64,000 nucleotides of DNA from Catajapyx aquilonaris (taxonomy: Eukaryota). The notes below the pieces were generated by a model. It did not search any database. It was not told where the DNA came from and was given only the letters and a program-made list of their open reading frames with translations. The position numbers and the translations under genes are program-made. The stretch spans positions 248,001 through 312,000 of the forward strand of contig KZ538295.1 of NCBI GenBank assembly GCA_000934665.2. The letters are read 5' to 3'. This document shows, piece after piece, positions 23,443 to 34,046 of this stretch. Every line of letters starts with the position of its first letter. The stretch's first letter is position 1.

Positions 23443-25787
23443 GATATAAAATTGCAATGCAGCACCTACATTATTTTGAAAAAAAATATTTAAAAGGCAA
23501 AAGTCGTCCACACCTGCCAGGATATTTGACCCCCATTTGAATTAGGTAACGAGGCTACCAAATGACACATAAAAAATGCATCCCCTCCTTCCCAGAACTA
23601 ATTTTATCCCTCAAATCATGAAACACCCTGTATGATCAGCCCCCTTTCCATAACAAGCATGATTATCCTCACATTGACGAGGTGTAATTGAGCACCTTGT
23701 AAACCCTCCCCAATTTTTCCCCCCTCCCTCCCTCTCTCTATGGGTGGGTGGGAGTCATGCCAACCATTCCCCCCCTCCTTCCCCCTCTGATCTCCAGTTC
23801 CCCTAGGCGTGAAAAACGAGTGCCCTTGGGCTCGGCACTCGCCAACTGATTTGTAACCCAACCCGTGCTGCCTGTGCGAGTAGGAAGCCTTGGTGCCCTC
23901 GACGTATCAAACATGAATTTATGGGCCAGCGAAGAATACGGGCCGGATACTTGTACGCCATAAATAGTGGCTAGGGGGATGGAGGTGGGAGGGGGGGGGG
24001 CCCTAGGAAAGAGAGATGCTCGTGAGAACAAAACGATGCAAAAGAACTCTTGGAATAGTACCCTAGGGCCTCATACCCTCCCTGCTGCCTTCTCCTATTT
24101 TGCCCCACCAAACTTCCATCCTTTTTCCCCAATTTTTTTGGGGATCCCACCAATGGCCTAGGATGCTGTGAAAGAAATATGGCCACTCCCACTAGAAAAA
24201 AAAGGCAAGGGTCCCCAGCAATTTCTGAATAATTGACACGAGTCCAGTGAAAATGAATTATGCGACCACAATGTATACGTGGGTATAGATCGAAACCATT
24301 TTTTTTTTTAAAAAAAGGGAGCCCACCCTCACCCTACACAATATTGGCGTCAAATTCCCTCACCGGAGAACCTTTATGTTGGTTCCTCCAATGAATTATG
24401 TAGAGTACTCTGGTCATTCGATCTTGGAGCCGGTTCGATTACACTGTCTCTTGAATATAAAGTCGTCTAAATTTACGATCGGGCGGAGAAGGAATTGGGG
24501 AGTAGTAGGAGGAGGAGGAGGAGGAGGTCAAAAAATTGACTTTATAGGTGGCTTTCCGATTATTCTTTTATTCACTGGCTGGCTACTTGATGCGTTGGGG
24601 CCGCTTCAGCAAGCCGCTGAATGCCGAAGGAAGGCAGAGATCTAGTTGAACTGGACGGTGCAATGCAGACCCTTTTTTTATATATATTTTTTGGAGAGGT
24701 CCAGGCACAGCCTCTTTTATGGCCCCCTTCTGAAGAAAACTCTGAAAAAAAGATATCTCGCCTTCGAATCCTCTAGTGTATATCAAGAATATCAGATTGA
24801 GCATTTGCATAGTTGACCGCCCGGCACATCGAAAAAGGGGTTGACACTGTAAGGAAAATTGGTGTTGTTCCGGTCCCTGCAAAAGGGGGGGTGGGGGAGA
24901 AGCTTTCCCCTTCTGTTACCACTTTTGCAACAATTAATTGGGTTATTAGTCGGCAGGGGAGGGCGATAATGGCGACTTAATTGCTTTGTGAGCTTGGGGA
25001 GAAGGGGGCATATTGTTCTTTCCGTTTATAAAGCATTTAGCCAGAAGTTAATCAGCTGCGCTTGTTTATACTAGTGAGGACTTAATTGTTGTACGGATTT
25101 TTAAAATATATATATATTTCCAAGCTGGCTCATCTTCATAATGTGAACGTTCATATGAAAGGGAAAAGGTGGGTTTGACGTCATAGATTCCTGGCGCCGG
25201 AAGGAGATTCGGGCAAGTTATTTTCAGATAATCCTCTCTCCAACCTAAGCAAGAGTCACATTTCGAGTGGGCCAGAGCATACAATGCGCGAATAACTACA
25301 AGCTCCTCTCACCTTTAGCACATACTGATCCTTGCATCGATGGTTCCGTCGATGCTCAGATATAACCACCCCTCTCTTAGTCTAAATCGGGTGTCTCAAA
25401 AAGATAGGACTGAACAGGTGGGTTCTCCTGCAGGAAATGGTTTTTTTTTTTGCGTAAAAAAGTTGTGCGAATATTGTTGCCTTTGAGCTTATTATAGCAA
25501 GGGCAGGAATCAAGCGTCGGTTATTCGCCCACATTCAGCGGACAGGAAGCGAGTCGTTTGTCACATGGCCCCATGCACAAGAGGTCCATAATTCATTAGG
25601 ATCACATGAAAATGTGCTGTGATCAGTGCGACCATATGTCACAGAAGGCGGTAAATTATGCGTAGAGAGCATGTGCAACCGAGCGGTCTTCACTGAACGT
25701 CCAAACACAACCTGGAGCGGGATTCACTTACGAATTCATGTCACTGTACGAATTAATTAAAAACTCGGTTAATTCTCTTTAAAATGT

Positions 25788-25896
25788 ACAAGTTGGCAAC
25801 TCACTTCCACCCACCAGAGGCGCTGCCTACACCGACTGCGCATGCGTAGAACGCGGGCCAATAGGAAGCGTCGCGGCAACAATATGCGGCGGACCA
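25788..25896 (-). repeat. Right arm of a long-range inverted repeat (partner 22991-23111)
   Basis: CAAGTTGGCAACTC...CACCCACCAGAGGCGCTGCC...ACTGCGCATGCGTAGAACGCGGGCCAATAGGAAGCGTCGCGGCAACAATATGCGGCGGACCA. Confidence 0.92.
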
Positions 25897-28514
25897 TACC
25901 ATGAATAAGATTTTAATATTATAGACGCAGCGGCACCTTTTGACCTGGAAAATTAGATTTTTTTTTAGGTGGTTGGCATTAATAGAAAGCACGTGTTTCG
26001 CATATCCAACTTCCTATGGACATATCGTTGCGAGACAAGGCGCCTCGCAGTCGATTTTGCTTTCATCAGCTGCTTAATTTCTTCTCGAGCCGCCTTTCCT
26101 CTGGCTGCCATTAAAAGTGCGGGGTGAAATATGACAAGCAGATTTCGTCATGTCATGTCTTTTGAGAGGCTCGACTTTCAGTTCCATTTTGGTCCGGCTT
26201 ATTATGGGGTCGAGGTGCTGGTGGGGGGGGAAAACTATGCTGATATACACAGCTGTCAATAGCTAGGTCACTTTCTTCCATAATGTGACCGGTTTTTGTT
26301 ATACCAAACAATGCGATTGACACCTCTCAACTTTGTGCAAGGTGTGTGGGAAACATGCCAAAGAGATGCCGAGTTGGCAGTGGGGGAAGATAGCTGGCGC
26401 CTCTATAGTATCTTCTAGTCTCTTCCAGCATCTTGTAGGTGGTATAAGGTGGTGCACATCATGTCGTGTTTCAGCAGCATTCGACATAGAGGACACGCAT
26501 CATTTGCCCCAATCGGGAAGGGTCAGATCACGTGCTCTAAGGTGAGGTTCACACTGATAGGTTGGATTCGACTCATTAGCACCTCCTGTCTTCCCCCCTC
26601 CCCCCCTCCCTCATTTTTATTAGCACAGTTAGGTGGGTAGGCTATACCCACGCCCACCTAAGATTAGACTTAAGGTCGAATAACAATGGATTGACGTCAC
26701 TTGGAAGGTGTAGTTTTGCGAGGCACGTGGGCGACATTTGCGTGAATTGACGATTCGCGAAGGTTGGAGGTCGGCCGGTTGCGTTTCTTTCTGGTACCCC
26801 AACCGGTCCCCAGTTTTTCACTGCGGACTATTTTGTTCTCGGCAATTACCCTCAAAGAACGAATCGACTCAGAGGCAATGTATTTTTAAAAAGTTTTTCC
26901 CCGTCCACAACCCTGGCTGCGTTTATTGCGCTCTTTGTCCACTTGACACGATGACGTCAATCGGATGTTGGGAAAGAAATTTGGACATACTTCAGCACAC
27001 TAATTGTCATATCTCTCCGATAATAAAAAAATCTCCCTTCTGCGCACCCCCAACCCCTAAATTAAAATCCATCAATTGTTATTCAGTTTGGCAGGACTTA
27101 TTGGAATCCCCTGCTGCGTACAAATAACATTGACAGCTCCATTTCCGTTCCTTGACTGGCAAATGGGGAAGGAAAAGAAGGGAGAAATTTCCATGCCACC
27201 CATCCAAAATTTTGGTGGGGGGTTCCTTTTTTTTGTACAAATATAATAAAAAAAAGTCCCGCATCCAAAGTGCCCAGTCACTTCCTGGACCGTCCTTGCA
27301 TAACTCAGTGTCCGCCCTCGAGATACGGCTTGCTGGCACGGTCCAAAGGACCCCGGTTCCCAAAATAATCGGACAGGGCTCCCGATTTAGCACCCGCAGT
27401 CAAATTTTATCCTCCTTTCTGGCCAGAAATTCTGGAGACAATGTGAGAGAGAGACAACCTGTGGGTGACACACACTGTCTTTTTTGCTGATCCTTTCCGA
27501 ACCCCCGAAGCAAAAACCGCGGAATTTATACTGTTTAGTGTCGAGAGGTAAAGAATCTCATTGTTTACTCTACAAAGGGCTTCGAGAGACAAAGCTCGTT
27601 AGGAGTCTACTTTATTAGTGTCGGAGTGATTGTTTTGTTGACCCAGGGGTTGGGTTGTAAAAATTAGCTTGTAATTTTATTGTGACACTTTTTTGGGGTC
27701 GTAATTACGTAATCACCGGATCGGTATTAGAATCTTCGAGCATTTTGTATCCGCCTTAGCAGTACTTTATAATAGTCAGGATGATATGCTGGATGTGTCA
27801 AGATTGTTGGCTAACGGTGTTGACCAGGTGAGACAGCTGGCATTTAACGTATGTGGTGCAATCCGTCCTGTGTGTGTGTGTGCGTCAATTAATTGCTTTA
27901 TGGATGTGTGCTGTCATTGACGTAATTATGGACTATAATCCTAATTATACAGTTGCAAAACCATACCCGGGGAAATAATCCACGCGCTGAAAATAACAGG
28001 CACAAAAAAACACAGTAATAACCCGGCAATTATGCCTGTGAGAGTACACAGCGTGCATGCAATCCGCGGAGGTACACATAATGCAATCCCCATTCAAACA
28101 GCATAGTTCAAAAGACTCGTTTTCCTCCGTGTTTTTGCAATGGTTAAGCCCAAAAATTTGTGCAAATGCATCCCCGCACTTACTCCTGATGTATATATTA
28201 TACGGATATGTTTGGGCAGGTTTTTTTTAGACAGTGACTATTTGGGTAGTATTAGGGTCATACGGTGTGAATAGGGATCAAATTTTGAATTATTTGCTTT
28301 GCATTTCTGGGGAAAAAGTTTCATGGCAAACATGCTGGTAATTATATCCGGATTGTCGTGCCCAAATTCATCGCAATTTTACCATTCTTAACTAGATGCA
28401 TTCTGGACCACCGAGTAGATATACGAAGATGTCATAATAGTTAGTCCTGACACTATCAAAAAATGTCATCTTTGCAGTCGTTGCCAGAGTGCATTCCATA
28501 CCTCCAACACTGCA

Positions 28515-28517
<3 letters not shown>

Positions 28518-28557
<40 letters not shown>
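28518..28557. repeat. (TC)20 microsatellite
   Basis: Read directly from the sequence. Confidence 0.95.
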
Positions 28558-28560
<3 letters not shown>

Positions 28561-30046
28561 TTAACATTCAAGAATGGGACGTGTCTTGAGGCAAATTGTG
28601 ATCCCCCAAATTGGTCGAACGTGCTCTGAGACACCAATCTTTTGGTCGCCTTAGATCCAGGAGACAATGATGCTTAGTGACTAGAAGCCACAACAGATTT
28701 TTTTCCCCTCCTGGAGGGCATGTCCACCAGATTCTTCCCTGTGACAATTCCCCTTACGCTGTGATTATTGTGCTAGGGCGGAATGAAAAAAGGGGGCGGG
28801 AGATGGTTGGGGGAAGACCCATGGGAACCACCAATTCCAATGTAATTTCGGATGGACACTCCTCTATAGTTCAAAAAACCGATGATTCAACATAGATTGC
28901 TTGCCTACTCAACAATAATATGAGAGTTCACTCCTGACAACATTTGTTGCATTTTCAATAAAATATTTGTATCGTCCAGTGTGGTCGTGACTCGGAAAGG
29001 TTCGGCATCCTTGCTAATTGTTGGCGACTCACCAAGAATGCGGAAGGTTTGCACATTTATTGCGGTAGCATAATCACCAGCCAATACGTTACACACTATC
29101 GTTTTTTTCTTCTTCTTCTTTCAAACTGTCTCCACCCTGTATTCCTGGAAGTCTTTTGTGGCTAGTCATCCGTTTGGAACTCGAGGGACTGAGGCCAAAA
29201 TGCACCCAAAGAGTGCGTTGCGCCTGTTAAAACCAAATTGGAGCGCACTTAAAAATATTTCTGGGGAGGGGGTGAAATTGTTGGCGTGTTCCAACCCCAC
29301 ACATTTTCAGAAGAAAAAAAATATCCATAAAGAGTGGTTGTTGTACGTGGTTGACTTGTTGCGTCCGTTTGTCTGGAAATCAGCAAACCATGATGTTGAG
29401 AGGATTCCTTCTTTTTTTTTCCTAGTGCTTTTCAAATAGAGCGATTGGCATTCCGGCGACCCAGAGCGCTCTTTCTCACCTAACCATCCTGGCGTGAAGG
29501 ATGGACAGACTTCAGAGAGTGGAGTTGACTCTTGTCGTTTGTTGCAGGGGTGATGTTGGGAGGGAGAAACGTGATGGAGGGGGATGCTTGGATTCCGGAA
29601 AGGTTTGCATCCGTGACATTGTCAGAGTTTTTCGGGAGGGGGACGAAAAACCTGTAAGCAATAAATTGTTAGGAAGTATTATTTTCTTAACAGGAAAAAC
29701 TACAAATATTATGCTACAGTTTAATTTCCTGCATTTGAAAAGTAGCTGATTGCACACAGTAGGTGGCGCTTTGAGAGCAATGGTGGCATTGTTGCTGGGC
29801 GCTGTGGGACACCACCAAAACCTCATTTCATTGTGTGAGTCAGGCGCATTATACCGGCCGGAACAAACAACCCTGTTGTGTGGAGCTTTCACGAATTGAC
29901 TCTGTTTACTGCCTTATACCCAGTGGGTGATATATTTCCTGCTAGAGCTAGTATATCCTGCCCTATTTTTTGTATTGTTGCAACATCCGAGTATTGACAA
30001 TATGGACCTCCATATCCTCAACCCCATTTTCAGGAAGAGGCTAATT

Positions 30047-30050
<4 letters not shown>

Positions 30051-30110
<60 letters not shown>
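30051..30110. repeat. (CT)30 microsatellite
   Basis: Read directly from the sequence. Confidence 0.95.
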
Positions 30111-30115
<5 letters not shown>

Positions 30116-31810
30116 CTTTTCTCCCCCTCTCTCTAGTCCTCCCCCACAATCTCTATACCTTCCACAGCATCCCACACTCTAATCCTCGACGGATCCACCG
30201 ACATGATGAGGTGTGGATTAGAGGCGGGAAGGCGTCCCGAACAAAAAGGGACCTTTGCCCGTTCCACCCAAAGCCGGCAATATTGCGCCCCATAAATACC
30301 ACAATTCTGTTACAATACGCTCTCTAATCCAATGAATCCACAATATCATATATCCCTCCCTCCCTTGCCTTTAGCCTCAGTAGGATATGTCGACAAAAGA
30401 AGTGGCGGCAACAACAATATAGCTGAGAAGGAAGGGAGGCCCCTCCCGAGAGAACTCCATCTCGCGCTGGAGAAGTGTAAAGAGGAATTAGCAGCACTTT
30501 ATTATGGCTCTTCCTTGCCGGCTCCTCTCCGCGTAATGACTCCCTAAGCCTCTCACAATTGGAGTTGGCAGCTTTTTCATCAGGCATTATGTGATTGCCG
30601 AGGAGGAAACTTTTCAGATTTGGCCACGGCTAAGGAGCCCTCAGGATTCTTCTGTCTGATTGGCTCCACCAAAGAGTTGATTTTTTTTTCTACCTCACAG
30701 AGAGGGGGATATCATTGTGTGACGAGGCTTATCCGAAGCGAAATTACTGGTGACGTCAGTGTGCGACATATTCTGACGCTCGAATGAGCAAAACCAGGGC
30801 TTTTTGGAGAGGGGGGGTTGGTGGGGTAGGTGAGGGGGGGGGGGGGGTTCATTTGGATTGCGTTTTTGGGACATGGGAATTGGACACAAAAACATGCGGC
30901 GCGATGCATGCAATTTGTTCGACTGGATGGCGACAAAAGGGGTGGTTTTGCAATGATCATTCTGCATTGGGCTGACGAAACGTTTCATATCCACTTTGGT
31001 ACAAGGCAATGATTAACATCCCCATTTGCTGAAAAAAAAGGATGGACGAATTGCAAAAATAATTATTACGAGACGCGTTATGCATATTCCTACTTTGATA
31101 CTGGTCGTGACAAGCATATGTATGGAGAATCCGAGTGGAGTACAAAAAAAAAAATCTAGTTATGTGTTGCATTTTCAGGTGGGGGAGTATGAATGCAAAC
31201 AGGGGATCATATTACACAAAAAATTAAATGAAGAAAGTAGGATACATGCTTTAATTATGTTGAATGAAATCCTCACATGTAACAATGACATTTTTAGCCT
31301 AGAAAATTCCTGGCCCGAATCGCGCTAGGGTAAACAAAAGCAGAAGTCAGCTGAATAGGCTGCTTGCGTCTTATTTCTTTTTTGCTCGTGACACAAAAAT
31401 GCGAAACAAAAGGCACCGACGTACACGGGTGTGTATGTGTTGGCTTGGGCACAGGTGACAACTTGGCCACACGTCGTGAAGGAAGACAGGCGTTTCTTTT
31501 TCGGCATAGCTGCATCTCGAGAGAAAGGACAGAATGAGAGTGGCGATGGATGTGCCCGATAGAGAGGCAACAAAAGAGAGTGAGCAAGAGTGTGGGGTGT
31601 TCCTTAGCTTTAGTAGTGTAGCATGCAGGTCCTCCCGAAAATCTTGGCAACGAACCCTCGACCTTCGCCTCTTCCGGCTGCTCAAGTTGGCCGAGACACG
31701 CCGGCTATTACTGTAGCAGGCCCATTCACGCAGGCAAGATACATCCCATTCTTCTTTAGCCGAAGGCGGTTGAACGGCAAGTAAGTGGCACATCAAGGCA
31801 GGTTAGTGCT

Positions 31811-31916
31811 CCATCTCAACAGATGGCGGCACGATCTGGCTCCTAACCGCATTCATCGCAATCTAAAGTATAGATGGCGCCACAGTACAACTTGTGGCTG
31901 TAGATGGCGCCATCTA
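31811..31916. promoter_or_regulatory. Cluster of CTCF-like AGATGGCG(C) motifs (candidate insulator)
   Basis: AGATGGCGG (31821), TAGATGGCGC (31871) and the perfect palindrome TAGATGGCGCCATCTA (31901-31916). These resemble the AG(A/G)TGGCGC core of the insect CTCF motif. Confidence 0.35.
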
Positions 31917-33974
31917 TGGCTACTAATTTACTGTGGAGATACGGTAACTTTTGGGCCCCCCCAAACGACACCTTGTTATGTTAACCACTGGATTCCTGTT
32001 CCCCTCCTGGTTAATCTGAGGATCAAGATGAGGCAATCGAGTGTCCATCGAGGCACCACTAAAACCCTCCGATCCATCTTAGCCCGCTGCCATGATCAAT
32101 AATAATCGGAGTCGAGGGAGACACAATCCATAATGGAAGCTGGGCACAAATGACATATCCTTCTTTTGAGGGCTGGCACCAGAGGGTGTATGATTAGGAT
32201 TAGTTGGCGCAACCGAGCGGATATGCAAACAGTGAACAGCAACCAAGAGGGTTTTTCAGGGGGGGTGAAGAGGATGTATATATAAAAAAAACCACAGGCC
32301 GCATTTTTCTCTCCTTTTCACGCCAGTGTCCAAGATGGCTTCCATTTATTCCGGTAGGCCATGATGGGCCGCTGCACACCCTTCCATATAAATTTGGGAA
32401 GCCCGAGTCAAATAAAAAATTGGTCGTAAAAGGCCCTCCCGAGTCGGTCCGAGTGTAAAGGTTATTGATCTCCGGGTAGACTTAATGAGAATAAATCGGG
32501 CGATTGAAGTAAAATACTGTAATTGAGGGTTCCTGGAGGGAGATAAAACCGCGGAAGCGATCTCGTTTATTGTGAAGCGTGAGTTTCACATCGGGGACTT
32601 GGACTGAAGAAGAAATATACAAAGAATACCACTCACTTTGTGTGATTCACTACATATAAGTTACCTTATATGCTGCATAGTACTTCAGACTAGTATTAAT
32701 AATTAATGCCGTGTGAATAAAATTCGTTAGACTCGTTAGTAAAATCATTTGCAAATGTGGATAAAATTAGTGCACCGGTATATACTGGAGCATAAAATTA
32801 TTAGAATGGAGCATAAAAATTAAAAGTGTTCATAATTTATTTATTCGCTCAGTAACCTGGCTTAAATTTTCAGGTGGAGTATGTTTCAGTATGAGTCATG
32901 TAATCTGGAAAAATCCGATTTAAAATAGGAAAACAGGCATACAAGTTGACTTCTGGGAGCCTCCATGCAGCGTGCCCTCAAGCTCAGAGAGATCACTCCT
33001 ATACATTAGCTCCATATAATCCAGACCCAAATAGGGATAGCCTTAACACCCCCCCCCCCTCAACCCCCTCGCATGCTGCAGATATGTTAGTTGTCACTCC
33101 AGCAAAGTATGCGGGCGGCAAAAATTTTGTTGATGCAAAGACGGTATATGCTCCCTCCCCCCCTCTGGAGTATGTGTGTGTGGTGAGTAGGGGGAGGTGG
33201 AATAATAAATGAAGAGGGGGAGGGGGGGCCTTTGCTGGAATGGAAAGCTTTTCAAGCAGGTCAGGGAATGAAGGGTTGGACGTAGGGTCCGGCAAATCCA
33301 TGTAGCCCAGGCAGTGTCTCATTGGTAGGAAAAGCCGTCAGTGGCAATGAAAGCGGCCGACAGCCCCAAACCGCACCGCTGGCTCTTAAATATACCCACA
33401 TCAAGTCAATCCCGAGCAGATGTCGGGTGACAATGAAGGAAGCTCCAGATGAGCGGGAATGGCGGGACCGGGCCTCAAGGTAAAATCAGCCAAGTCATTT
33501 CATGCCTGTTTACGCGGGTTAAAAACCGTCGGCTTGTTTCCCTCCTATCCGTGCCTAGCAACCCGCGATGGAAAGAGTTAGCCCCATGAGAAGCCCGGAG
33601 ATTTGGGGAAGGTATGAATAGGCAACAATGACGGTTGACAGCACCACCTGACAGAGCCACCCCCTAGAAAGCTCTCTTTTCAGTAGGCGACCCCCACAGT
33701 ATGAAGGAAGTTCAATCAAAGGGTGGTGCACACGGATTTTTTTATATTTTTGGCCCCCCCCAAAAAGTAGTGCAAATGTTGATCCTTCAAACGCCCATAA
33801 AGCCAGATCTATGGATTTTTGCGTCGGTGTGCTTTGAAAAAATAGGGGACCTTCCGGAAAAAAATGATCCTGAAGCAAGATTCGTGGCCAGATATTTTGC
33901 ATTTTGATTTTATCATTAGGAATAACCCGTTTGGAACCATTAGAACCTAATCATATCATATGATCCTAACTGAG

Positions 33975-34046
33975 CCTAATCTAACCCAACCTGACCTGAC
34001 CTAACCTAACCTAACCTAACCTAACCTAACCTAACCTAACCTAACC
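33975..34046 (-). repeat. Interstitial (TTAGG)n / (CCTAA)n telomere-type pentamer array
   Basis: Nine perfect CCTAA units (34000-34044) are preceded by degenerate units (CCTAA TCTAA CCCAA CCTGA CCTGA). TTAGG is the ancestral arthropod telomere repeat. Confidence 0.9.

Larger units (their letters stand above)
22782..23630. mobile_element. Composite non-autonomous Tc1/mariner-type element with nested repeats
   Basis: TA|CAGGGTGCTTCAT...ATGAAACACCCTG|TA, a 13-bp TIR with one mismatch. Inside are a direct duplication of about 45 bp (22898-22945 / 23188-23236), a 24-bp hairpin and a family B fragment. Confidence 0.6.

Noticed and set aside
28635..28700. miR-279-like seed (TGACTAGA) in a possible hairpin
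   Set aside because: The rest of the mature sequence differs and pairing to the upstream arm is poor.
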